A stretch of DNA of 64,000 bases from Actinomycetes bacterium (GTDB lineage: Bacteria > Actinomycetota > Actinomycetes > Prado026), in contig JBBSAJ010000009.1 of NCBI GenBank assembly GCA_038252405.1, positions 3,670 through 67,669 of the forward strand, in the 5' to 3' direction. Below, one piece after another: positions 27,215 to 35,154 of this stretch (its first letter is position 1; every line of letters starts with the position of its first letter). Below the pieces are notes generated by a model. The model saw only the letters and a list, made by a program, of their open reading frames with translations, was not told the DNA's origin and made no database searches. The translations under genes and the position numbers were made by a program.

Positions 27215-29077
27215 ATGCCGGCCCTGGACGGCCTGCGGGCCCTCGCGGTGGTCGCCGTCCTGCTGTACCACGCCGACGTGTCGTTCGTGCCCGGCGGCTT
27301 CCTGGGCGTGGACGTGTTCTTCGTGCTCAGCGGGTTCCTGATCACCGCGCTGCTCCTGCGCGAGCTGGGTCGCCGGGGCCGGATCGGGTTCGGGGCGTTC
27401 TACCTGGGCCGGGCCAGGCGGCTGCTGCCCGCCCTGTCCGTGCTGCTGTTGGTGGTGGCGCTGGCGGCCGCGTTCGTGGTGCGAGACGCCGCGAGCACGG
27501 TGCGCACCGACCTGCTGGCCGCCGTCGGCTATGTCGCCAACTGGTGGTTCGTCGTCAAGGAGTCGTCGTACTTCGAGGGTCTGGGCCGGCCCCCGATGCT
27601 GCAGCACCTGTGGTCGCTGTCGGTGGAGGAGCAGTTCTACCTGCTCTGGCCGGTGGCCGCCCTGCTGGCCCACCGCTGGCGGCGGGCGCGCGGCGTGCTC
27701 ATCGTGGCCGGGGGCGGAGCGCTGGCCTCGACGCTGCTCATGGCCTGGCTGTCGGTACGCGGCGGGTACCCGGTCCCCAACGACCCGAGCCGGGTCTACT
27801 TCGGCACCGACACGCACGCCATGGGGCTGCTCGCCGGTGCCGCGCTGGCCTGCGTGTGGCAGACCTGGCAGCCGGACGGCGTGCGGCTGACCGAGCGTGG
27901 CCGGATCGCGCTGGAGGTCGCCGGACTGGTCGGCCTGAGCGGGGTGGTGGCGGCGTTCCTCGCCGTCGACGCCTACTCGACCGCGCTGTACCGGGGTGGG
28001 TTCCTGGTGCTTTCGGTGGGGACCGCGGCCCTGGTGGCGGCGATCAGCCAGCCCGAGACGCAGCTGTCCCGCCTGTTCGCCTGGGCGCCGCTGCGCTGGG
28101 TGGGGGAGCGCTCGTACGGGATCTACCTGTGGCACTGGCCGGTGTTCCTGGTCACCCGCCCCGGCCTCGACCTGCCGTGGGACGGTGGCTGGCTGCTGGC
28201 AGCGCGCATCGGGCTGGTCGTGGGGATCGCCGAGCTGTCCTACCGCTACGTCGAGATGCCGATCCGACGCGGTGCGCTGGCACGGGCGTGGCGGTCGTGG
28301 ACGCAGCGCCCGGCGGCCGAGGCCCGGCGGCGGGGGATCGGTGCGGCGCTGGGCGCGGTCACCGCTGCCGTGCTGCTGGCGGCCACCGTGAGCGGCCTGG
28401 TGCACGCGCCGTCGGCGGACAGCAGCGCCCTGGCCCGCGAGCTGCAGCGGATCGGCTCCACGCTGCCGACCGGCGACCCGACGGACGGCCCGCCGGGCAC
28501 CGCCCAGCCCACCCCGACGCCGACCAGCACCGCGCCGGCCGGGGCCGGTCCGGCGGCTCCCACCCCGGTGGCCCGCACCCTGATGGCCGCCCCTCCGGCC
28601 GTGCCGGTCGTCGTGCAGCCGGTCACCGCCGTGGGGGACTCGGTGCTGCTCGGCGCCGCACCCGCGATGCTGGCCCAGTTCCGGGCCGTGGTCATCGACG
28701 CCCACATCAGCCGCCAGCCGCGCGAGGTGTTCGACGAGGTGCGGGCCCTCAAGAAGGCGGGTCGGCTGGCGGCCGTGGTCGTCGTGCACGCCGGCACGAA
28801 CGGCCTGGTCACCACCAAGGACCTCTCGGCGCTGCTCACCGACCTCAAGGACCGAGGTCGGGTGGTCCTGGTGAACACCGCCGCCGACCGCAGCTGGCGC
28901 GCCTACAGCGACCGCAGCTTCGCCCTGGTCGTGCCGCATTTCCCGAACGTGGTGCTGGTCGACTGGAACGCCCTGTCGGCGGGGCACCGGGACTGGTTCG
29001 TCTCGGACGGCGTCCACCTCACCAAGGACGGCGCCCGCGCCTACGCCGCCGCGATCGCCGCGGCCGTCACGGGCTGA
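27215..29077 (+). CDS. acyltransferase family 3 (OatA-like, 10 transmembrane segments) with a C-terminal SGNH hydrolase domain
   Basis: N-terminal LDGLRALAV...GVDVFFVLSGFLIT, and a C-terminal domain joined through a Pro/Thr-rich linker. Confidence 0.75.
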   Translation: MPALDGLRALAVVAVLLYHADVSFVPGGFLGVDVFFVLSGFLITALLLRELGRRGRIGFGAFYLGRARRLLPALSVLLLVVALAAAFVVRDAASTVRTDLLAAVGYVANWWFVVKESSYFEGLGRPPMLQHLWSLSVEEQFYLLWPVAALLAHRWRRARGVLIVAGGGALASTLLMAWLSVRGGYPVPNDPSRVYFGTDTHAMGLLAGAALACVWQTWQPDGVRLTERGRIALEVAGLVGLSGVVAAFLAVDAYSTALYRGGFLVLSVGTAALVAAISQPETQLSRLFAWAPLRWVGERSYGIYLWHWPVFLVTRPGLDLPWDGGWLLAARIGLVVGIAELSYRYVEMPIRRGALARAWRSWTQRPAAEARRRGIGAALGAVTAAVLLAATVSGLVHAPSADSSALARELQRIGSTLPTGDPTDGPPGTAQPTPTPTSTAPAGAGPAAPTPVARTLMAAPPAVPVVVQPVTAVGDSVLLGAAPAMLAQFRAVVIDAHISRQPREVFDEVRALKKAGRLAAVVVVHAGTNGLVTTKDLSALLTDLKDRGRVVLVNTAADRSWRAYSDRSFALVVPHFPNVVLVDWNALSAGHRDWFVSDGVHLTKDGARAYAAAIAAAVTG

Positions 29078-29084
29078 CCCGGCA

Positions 29085-29125
29085 CTTGTCAGGGTGAGGA
29101 CGGACTCACCGCCGTCCGTTCCGCG
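29085..29125. repeat. Palindromic hairpin P3 (degenerate: intact left arm CTTGTCAGGGTGAGGACGG, eroded right arm)
   Basis: 18 nt are identical to the left arm of P4. It lies 8 bp after the acyltransferase stop. Confidence 0.45.
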
Positions 29126-29191
29126 ACGACGCGGCCCGGCCACAAGGGACGAGTGATCCGATTTCGGCCGGTCAGGCGGCAGGATGCCCCC

Positions 29192-30313
29192 ATGACCGCC
29201 GTGCACTGGGCCGCCGGACTGGCCGGGCTCGTCACCATCGTGGGGACGACGTCCAGCGTGCTGCGCACCCTCGTCGTCCCACGCCAGCTCCGGTCCAAGC
29301 CGTCGGTGCTGGTGGCGCGCGCCGTGTCGGCGCCGTTCCGGCTGGTCGCCGACAGCCGTGGCTACGTCACTCGCGACCGCATCCTGGCCTGGACGGCGCC
29401 GGTGACGATCATCGTCCAGCTGAGCATGTGGCTGCTGATGTTCCTGGCCGGCTTCGGGCTGCTCGTCTACGCGGTGAGCGGCCTGGGGCTTGGCACGTCG
29501 CTGCGGGAGGCAGGGTCCAGCCTGTTCACGCTGGGCTTCGCCTCGACCGACCGCAGCCGGCTCACGGTGGTCGACTTCGTCGCAGCCATGGTCGGGCCGA
29601 TCGTCATCGGCCTGCAGATCGGGTACCTGCCCTCCCTGTACGCGGCCTACAATCGGCGGGAGGCCGAGGTGACCATGCTCGACTCGCGGGCCGGCGAGCC
29701 CAACTGGGGGCCGGAGATCCTGGCCCGGCACGCCTCGATCGCCTCGTTGGCGAACCTCAACGACATGTACCGCGACTGGGAGCGCTGGGCGGCCGACGTG
29801 TCGGAGAGCCACTCCAACTACCCGGTGCTGATCTCGTTCCGGTCGCAGAAGCCGACCCGCAACTGGCTGGTCGGGCTGCTGTCGGTCATGGACTCGGCGG
29901 CCCTGCACCTGGCCTTCAACCCCTCGGTGCCGCAGGGGCAGCCGCGGCTGGCCCTGCGCATGGGTTTCGTCTGCGTCCGTGACCTGGCCCGCACCACCGG
30001 GCTCCGGTTCGACCCGGACCCGTCGCCGGACGACTCGATCGAGCTGACCTACGACCAGTTCCTGGTGGGGGTCGGCCGGCTCGAGGCCGCCGGGTACCCG
30101 ATGGAGCGCACCCCCGAGGAGGCCTGGCCACACTTTCGGGGCTGGCGGGTGAACTACGAGGCGAACGTGTACCAGCTGGCCCGGGTGATCGACGCGGTCC
30201 CCGCGCCGTGGAGCGGCCGCCGGCGCGGTGCCGTCGCCGTCCTCGAGCCGACGTCCCCGGTGGACCGCCGGCCCGGCGAACGGCGCGATCCGGCCCCCGG
30301 TCGGGGAGACTAG
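29192..30313 (+). CDS. hypothetical membrane protein (N-terminal transmembrane helices plus a cytoplasmic domain)
   Basis: ATG 29192 is M14 of the track ORF. I recognise no known domain. Confidence 0.4.
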   Translation: MTAVHWAAGLAGLVTIVGTTSSVLRTLVVPRQLRSKPSVLVARAVSAPFRLVADSRGYVTRDRILAWTAPVTIIVQLSMWLLMFLAGFGLLVYAVSGLGLGTSLREAGSSLFTLGFASTDRSRLTVVDFVAAMVGPIVIGLQIGYLPSLYAAYNRREAEVTMLDSRAGEPNWGPEILARHASIASLANLNDMYRDWERWAADVSESHSNYPVLISFRSQKPTRNWLVGLLSVMDSAALHLAFNPSVPQGQPRLALRMGFVCVRDLARTTGLRFDPDPSPDDSIELTYDQFLVGVGRLEAAGYPMERTPEEAWPHFRGWRVNYEANVYQLARVIDAVPAPWSGRRRGAVAVLEPTSPVDRRPGERRDPAPGRGD

Positions 30314-30339
30314 CCGGACCGAGCGGACAGGAGGCCGGC

Positions 30340-31086
30340 GTGCCGGACGACGAGGAGCAGGACGGCGCAGCGATCGTCGAGCTGCCGGCGCACACCCGGC
30401 AGTGGATTGCGCTGTTCGTGCCCAGCGGTAGCGCCCCCGGGTGGCTGCGGGTGACGGAGGTCGAGCAGCGCGGGGCCGCCGCGCTGTCGGTCGTGGTGGC
30501 CATCGTGCTGCAGCTCGCGCTGCCGGACACGCTGACCTTCGGGCCGCACTGGCTGCTGCCGGCGCTCGAGGCGGTGCTGCTGGTGGCCCTGGTCGGCAGC
30601 CAGCGGGTCCTCGGCCACGCGGTCGCTTCCCGCCTGCGTCCGCTGGCGCTCACCCTGGCCGGGACGGTGGCCGCGGCGAACCTGACGTCGACCGGGCTGC
30701 TCGTGGTCACCCTGGTGAGCGGCACGGCGCTGAGCGCCCAGCAGCTGCTGTCGACCGGGCTGCTGGTCTGGGTCACCAACGTCATCGCGTTCGCGCTGAT
30801 CTACTGGGAGCTGGACCGAGGCGGGCCGGTGTCCCGCGCGATGATGTCGGACAGCTACCCGGACTTCCTGTTCCCGCAGATGGCCACGCCGGGGGTGGCG
30901 GCCATGGACTGGGAGCCGCGGTACGTCGACTACGTGTACGTGTCGTTCACCAACGCTACGGCGTTCAGCCCGACCGACACGATGCCGCTGTCCCGCTGGG
31001 CGAAGGCCCTCATGCTGGTCCAGTCAGCGGTCGCGCTGGTCACCGTGGGGCTGGTCTTCGCGCGGGCGGTCAACATCCTGCACTGA
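30340..31086 (+). CDS. DUF1345-like membrane protein
   Basis: GTG 30340 follows GACAGGAGG. The sequence resembles DUF1345 (YVDYVYVSFTNATAFSPTD). Confidence 0.45.
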   Translation: MPDDEEQDGAAIVELPAHTRQWIALFVPSGSAPGWLRVTEVEQRGAAALSVVVAIVLQLALPDTLTFGPHWLLPALEAVLLVALVGSQRVLGHAVASRLRPLALTLAGTVAAANLTSTGLLVVTLVSGTALSAQQLLSTGLLVWVTNVIAFALIYWELDRGGPVSRAMMSDSYPDFLFPQMATPGVAAMDWEPRYVDYVYVSFTNATAFSPTDTMPLSRWAKALMLVQSAVALVTVGLVFARAVNILH

Positions 31087-31695
31087 CGGCGCCTGGCAGG
31101 TCGCGGCCGGCTCCTCCCGGCGGCTGAGCCGGGCCTGCAGCGAGGTCACGGCGCGGGCCAGCCGTCGCCACAGCGCCACCACGGCGACCGTGCCCGCGAC
31201 CAGCACGGCGGCTGCGACCCCTGCGGCGATCCACGGGTGCCGGGTGGCGAGCAGGACGACGACGGCGACCAGGCCGTCCTCGGTGGTGCTGGTGGCCACG
31301 GTGGTGACCGGCTCGGGGGAGGCGTTGACGGCCAGCCGGAACCCCGACTTGAGGCTGTGGCTCGCCAGCGCGGTGCCACCGCCGAGCACGGCCGCCCACC
31401 CCTGGCTGATGTCCCCAGCCTGTCCCGCGAGCAGGGCGCCCAGCCAGGCACCGACGGCCGGCCGGACGAGGGTGGAGACGCCGTCCCAGATGCTGTCCAG
31501 GTAGGGGATCTTGTCAACCACGAACTCGACGGCGAACAGCACGCCGGAGACGACCAGGACCGGGGTCGACTGCAGCGTCGCGGGGACCCCGTCGATCCCG
31601 CCGTACCGGCCGAGCAGCCCGGTGAGGAGCACGACCAGGTAGGCGTTGAGCCCGCTGGCCCAGCCGCCGGTGAAGACCAACGGGAGCGCTTCCAC
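31024..31695 (-). CDS. DUF4126-like membrane protein
   Basis: A GTG at 31695 gives the N-terminus VEALPLVFTGGWASGLNAYLVVLLTGLLGRY, typical of DUF4126. It overlaps the previous gene convergently by 63 bp. Confidence 0.45.
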   Translation of the reverse strand: MEALPLVFTGGWASGLNAYLVVLLTGLLGRYGGIDGVPATLQSTPVLVVSGVLFAVEFVVDKIPYLDSIWDGVSTLVRPAVGAWLGALLAGQAGDISQGWAAVLGGGTALASHSLKSGFRLAVNASPEPVTTVATSTTEDGLVAVVVLLATRHPWIAAGVAAAVLVAGTVAVVALWRRLARAVTSLQARLSRREEPAATCQAPSVQDVDRPREDQPHGDQRDR

Positions 31696-31759
31696 GGGCC
31701 CGACGCTATCGGCCACCGCCCGCTGCGGGTCGGCCGGACCGGTGTGGCAGGCTCGCCCG

Positions 31760-32368
31760 GTGAGCTCCATCACCAACGCGCTGAGCCACCTGCACGGCTG
31801 GCCCGCGTACCTGATCGTGGCCGCCCTGGTGTTCGTGGAGGATGCGTTGTTCGTCGGCTTCGTCGTCCCCGGGGAGACCGCGGCGGTGGTCGGCGGCTTC
31901 CTGGCCTACACCGGCCGCGTGCAGCTCGGGCCGATGATCGTGACCGTCGTCCTCGCGGCGATCGTCGGGGACAGTGTGGGGTTCGAGGTCGGCCGGCTCC
32001 TGGGACCGCGGCTGCTCGCGGTGGAGCGGCTGCAGCGGCACCAGCACCGGCTGGACAAGGCGCAGGACCTGCTGCGTCGCCGCGGCGGCCCGGCCGTCTT
32101 CCTGGGCCGCTTCGTGTCGTTCTTCCGCGCGGTGATGCCGGCGCTCGCGGGCACCTCGCGGATGCACTACCCGACCTTCCTGGCCTACAACGCGGCCGGC
32201 GGTCTGATCTGGGGCACCGGGTTCGTGCTGATCGGCTACCTGGCCGGCCACTCGTACGCGGCCGTCGCGAGCGTGGTCGGCAGGGACCTCGCGCTCGCGA
32301 TCGGCGTGCTGGCCGCGATCGCCGTCGGGGTGGTCGTGCTCAGGAGGCGTCGGGCCGCGAGCGACTGA
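31760..32368 (+). CDS. DedA/VTT-domain family membrane protein
   Basis: GTG 31760. DedA signature GFVVPGETAAVVGGFLAY ... FLGRFVSFFRAVMPALAG. Confidence 0.65.
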   Translation: MSSITNALSHLHGWPAYLIVAALVFVEDALFVGFVVPGETAAVVGGFLAYTGRVQLGPMIVTVVLAAIVGDSVGFEVGRLLGPRLLAVERLQRHQHRLDKAQDLLRRRGGPAVFLGRFVSFFRAVMPALAGTSRMHYPTFLAYNAAGGLIWGTGFVLIGYLAGHSYAAVASVVGRDLALAIGVLAAIAVGVVVLRRRRAASD

Positions 32369-33116
32369 CCCGCTCGGCAGCAATCTTGCGGTGCACCCGG
32401 ACCGACTCGGGGGCGGCCGCGATCCGCTCGGAACGCCACTGGTCCACGAGCGGGTCGGCCAGCGGTGCCATCGGACCGGCGGCCCAGGAGAGCAGCAGGT
32501 CGGCCAGCGCCGGGTTGCGGGCCAGCACCGGGCCGTGCAGGTAGGTGCCGAGGGCGTGCCCGGCCAGCACCCCCTCGGTGCCGTGGTCGTCGTTGCCGAA
32601 CCCGACCCGGACCCGGCCCAGCGGGACGGCGGAAGGGCCGAGGACGGTGCGACCGCCGTGGTTCTCGAACCCGGTGAGCACGGGCAGTCCGAGCTCGGCG
32701 GCCGGGTCGGTGACCAGCTCGCCGATGGCCCGCCAGGGGCCGGGGCTGGTCACCAGGTCGAAGACCTCGAGGCCGGCTACGGGCGCGCCGTCCGGCCCGG
32801 GGAACTCCCGGCCCAGCATCTGCATCCCCGCGCACACCGCGAGCAGGGGGGCGCCCCTGCCGACGGCGTCGGCGAGGGCGCCGTCGGCGCGCATCATGGC
32901 GGTGGCGGCGACCTGCGCGGCGTCCTCGGCGCCACCGATCAGGTAGACGTCGCCCTGCCGGGGCAGCGGCTGGCCGGGGGCCACCGACACCGTCTCGACG
33001 GCCACCCCGTGCCGTCGGGCCCGTTGCGCGAGCACCAGCAGGTTGCCGTGGTCGCCGTAGGTGCCCAGCAGCGCGGGGTACACCTCGATGATCCGCAGGG
33101 CCGAGGGGCCGCTCAC
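32340..33116 (-). CDS. gatD: lipid II isoglutaminyl synthase glutaminase subunit GatD (CobB/CobQ-like glutamine amidotransferase)
   Basis: GTGA overlap with the murT stop. Motif LLAVCAGMQMLG with the catalytic Cys. Confidence 0.7.
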   Translation of the reverse strand: MSGPSALRIIEVYPALLGTYGDHGNLLVLAQRARRHGVAVETVSVAPGQPLPRQGDVYLIGGAEDAAQVAATAMMRADGALADAVGRGAPLLAVCAGMQMLGREFPGPDGAPVAGLEVFDLVTSPGPWRAIGELVTDPAAELGLPVLTGFENHGGRTVLGPSAVPLGRVRVGFGNDDHGTEGVLAGHALGTYLHGPVLARNPALADLLLSWAAGPMAPLADPLVDQWRSERIAAAPESVRVHRKIAAERVSRSRPDAS

Positions 33117-34366
33117 CGGCGGGCCTCCTGGCTCCACGGCGGGCTGGCCAGCAGGTCCTGCAGCGCGGTGTAGCTGGCCACGACGTCCACCGGGCCGGCG
33201 GGCAGCCCGGCCAGAGCGTCGTCCAGGCTCTCGGCCAGCCGCGGCCGGGCGCCGGCGGTCTCCAGCCGGATCGCCATGTCCAGCCGGCGCTCGCCGAACA
33301 CCCGCACCTCCCGACCGGCCAGCGACTCGAACGGGACGTCGTACAGCCAGGACAGGTCCCGGCCGTCCGCGGCGCGCCCGTTGCTGGCGAAGACCAGGGG
33401 GCGCCCGCCGCCGGCGAGCATGTCCAGCACCTCCGACCAGCTGGCCGGGTTCTTGGCCAGCAGCAGCCGCACCTCGTGCTCGCCCCTGCGCACGGTGGAG
33501 AACCGCCCCTCGACGCCGCCGACCTTCGCCGCGGCGGCCAGCGCGGGCTCGGGGGCGACCCCCAGCTCGCCGGCGGCGACCACGGCCAGCGCGGCGTTGC
33601 CGAGGTTGGCCCGGCCCGGCAGCGACAGCTCGATCCGTCGCCGCACCCCGGACGGGTCGACCAGCTCGTCGCCGTCCACCCGCCAGTCCGGCTCGGGGCG
33701 GGCGAAGCCGCAGCCGGTGCACCACCAGTGGTCCCCGTCGCGGGACAGCAGCGCCCCGCAGGCCGGGCACAGCGTGGAGTCCAGGGCCCACCGGTACGGC
33801 GTGCCCACCCAGACGGCGCGCGGTGCGGCGGCCGCGGCGTAGGTGGTCAGCGGGTCGTCGCAGGTGGTGATCGCGACGGTCCCGGCCGGCGCCTGGGCGA
33901 GCATGCGCCGCCAGCTCTCGACCAGGTCGGCCACCCCTCCGTACCGGTCCAGCTGGTCCCGGCTCAGGTTGGTGAGCACCACGACCCGCGCGTCGGTCGC
34001 GGCCAGCGTCGCCGGCAGGTAGTACTCGTCGACCTCGAGCACGGCCGTGGGGGAGCGGTCGTCGAGCAGCGCCGTGGCGATGCCGGTGGTCATGTTGGAG
34101 CCGGTGGAGTTGTTGGCCACCGGCACCCTGCTGCGGACCGCATCGGTGAGGAACCTCGTGGTGGTGGTCTTGCCGTTGCTGCCGCTGACCAGGGCGCAGG
34201 TGCGCCCGGCGGCCAGCCGGCGGACGGCGTCCGGCGCCAGGCGCAGCAGCACCTGACCGCCGATCACGGTGCCGCTGCCCCGGCCCAGGGCGCGGGAGGT
34301 GACGGCCGCCGTCCGCGCAAGCGTGGCGGCCGCCCAGAAGGGCAGCACGAGGGTCGATCCTGCCAT
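33113..34366 (-). CDS. murT: lipid II isoglutaminyl synthase MurT (Mur ligase domain plus C-terminal DUF1727 with a Cys4 motif)
   Basis: ATG 34366 is M31 of the track ORF. The motifs GSNGKTTTT and CPACGALLSRDGDHWWCTGCGFARP are present. Confidence 0.75.
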   Translation of the reverse strand: MAGSTLVLPFWAAATLARTAAVTSRALGRGSGTVIGGQVLLRLAPDAVRRLAAGRTCALVSGSNGKTTTTRFLTDAVRSRVPVANNSTGSNMTTGIATALLDDRSPTAVLEVDEYYLPATLAATDARVVVLTNLSRDQLDRYGGVADLVESWRRMLAQAPAGTVAITTCDDPLTTYAAAAAPRAVWVGTPYRWALDSTLCPACGALLSRDGDHWWCTGCGFARPEPDWRVDGDELVDPSGVRRRIELSLPGRANLGNAALAVVAAGELGVAPEPALAAAAKVGGVEGRFSTVRRGEHEVRLLLAKNPASWSEVLDMLAGGGRPLVFASNGRAADGRDLSWLYDVPFESLAGREVRVFGERRLDMAIRLETAGARPRLAESLDDALAGLPAGPVDVVASYTALQDLLASPPWSQEARR

Positions 34367-34421
34367 CTCCGCGCGGCGATGCCGGCAGCCAGGGCGCCCC
34401 TTGTGCTGCCACAATCGCGGG

Positions 34422-35147
34422 ATGAGCGAACGACCGCCGCTGCCCCCGCTGGACATCGAGGTGGGCCGGGTGCTCGCCGTCGTGGCCCACCCGGACGACC
34501 TGGAGTACGGCGCCGCCGCGGCGGTGGCCGCCTGGACGGACGCCGGTCACGAGGTGGTCTACCTGCTGGCCAGCCGGGGCGAGGCCGGGATCGACGGGAT
34601 GCCCCCGCAGGAGGCGGCCCGGGTGCGCACCGCCGAGCAGGTGGCCGGTGCCGCCGTCGTCGGGGTCTCGACCGTGGAGTTCCTGGACCACCCCGACGGC
34701 GTGATCGAGTACGGGCTGCCGCTGCGGCGGGACATCGTCGACGCGATCCGCCGGCACCGTCCGGACACCCTACTGCTGTTCAACCACACCGACACGTGGG
34801 GCCCCGGACGGCTGAACTCGCCGGACCACCGCAACGTGGGGCGGGCGGCGCTGGACGCGGTCGGGGACGCCGGGAACCGGTGGGTGTTCCCCGAGGCGGG
34901 GCCGCAGCCGCACGGCGGGGTACGGCACGCCGTGGTCACCGGTACGCCCACGCCGACGCACGCGATGGACGTCTCGGCGAGCGTCGACCGGGCCGTCGCG
35001 TCGCTGGCCGAGCACCGGGCCTACCTGGACGGGCTGGGCGACCACCCGATGGCCGACCCCGAGTTCGTGCGGGCCTGGCTGGAGACGGCCGCGGAGCGGC
35101 TGCCCGGCGCGCGGGCCGCGCTCAGCGTCGAGCTGTACAGCTTCTGA
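34422..35147 (+). CDS. PIG-L/LmbE family N-acetylglucosaminyl deacetylase
   Basis: AHPDDLEYG motif near the N-terminus. It is divergent from murT. Confidence 0.7.
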   Translation: MSERPPLPPLDIEVGRVLAVVAHPDDLEYGAAAAVAAWTDAGHEVVYLLASRGEAGIDGMPPQEAARVRTAEQVAGAAVVGVSTVEFLDHPDGVIEYGLPLRRDIVDAIRRHRPDTLLLFNHTDTWGPGRLNSPDHRNVGRAALDAVGDAGNRWVFPEAGPQPHGGVRHAVVTGTPTPTHAMDVSASVDRAVASLAEHRAYLDGLGDHPMADPEFVRAWLETAAERLPGARAALSVELYSF

Positions 35148-35154
35148 GCAGCGG

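Noticed and set aside
29153-29191. GTG 29153 as the start of the membrane protein
   Set aside because: Its RBS spacing is only 3 nt. The ATG at 29192 has better spacing.
32340-34757. Single 805-aa ORF spanning gatD and murT
   Set aside because: GatD and MurT read in different frames. The upstream part of this frame is low-complexity antisense. It was split into gatD (32340-33116) and murT (33113-34366).
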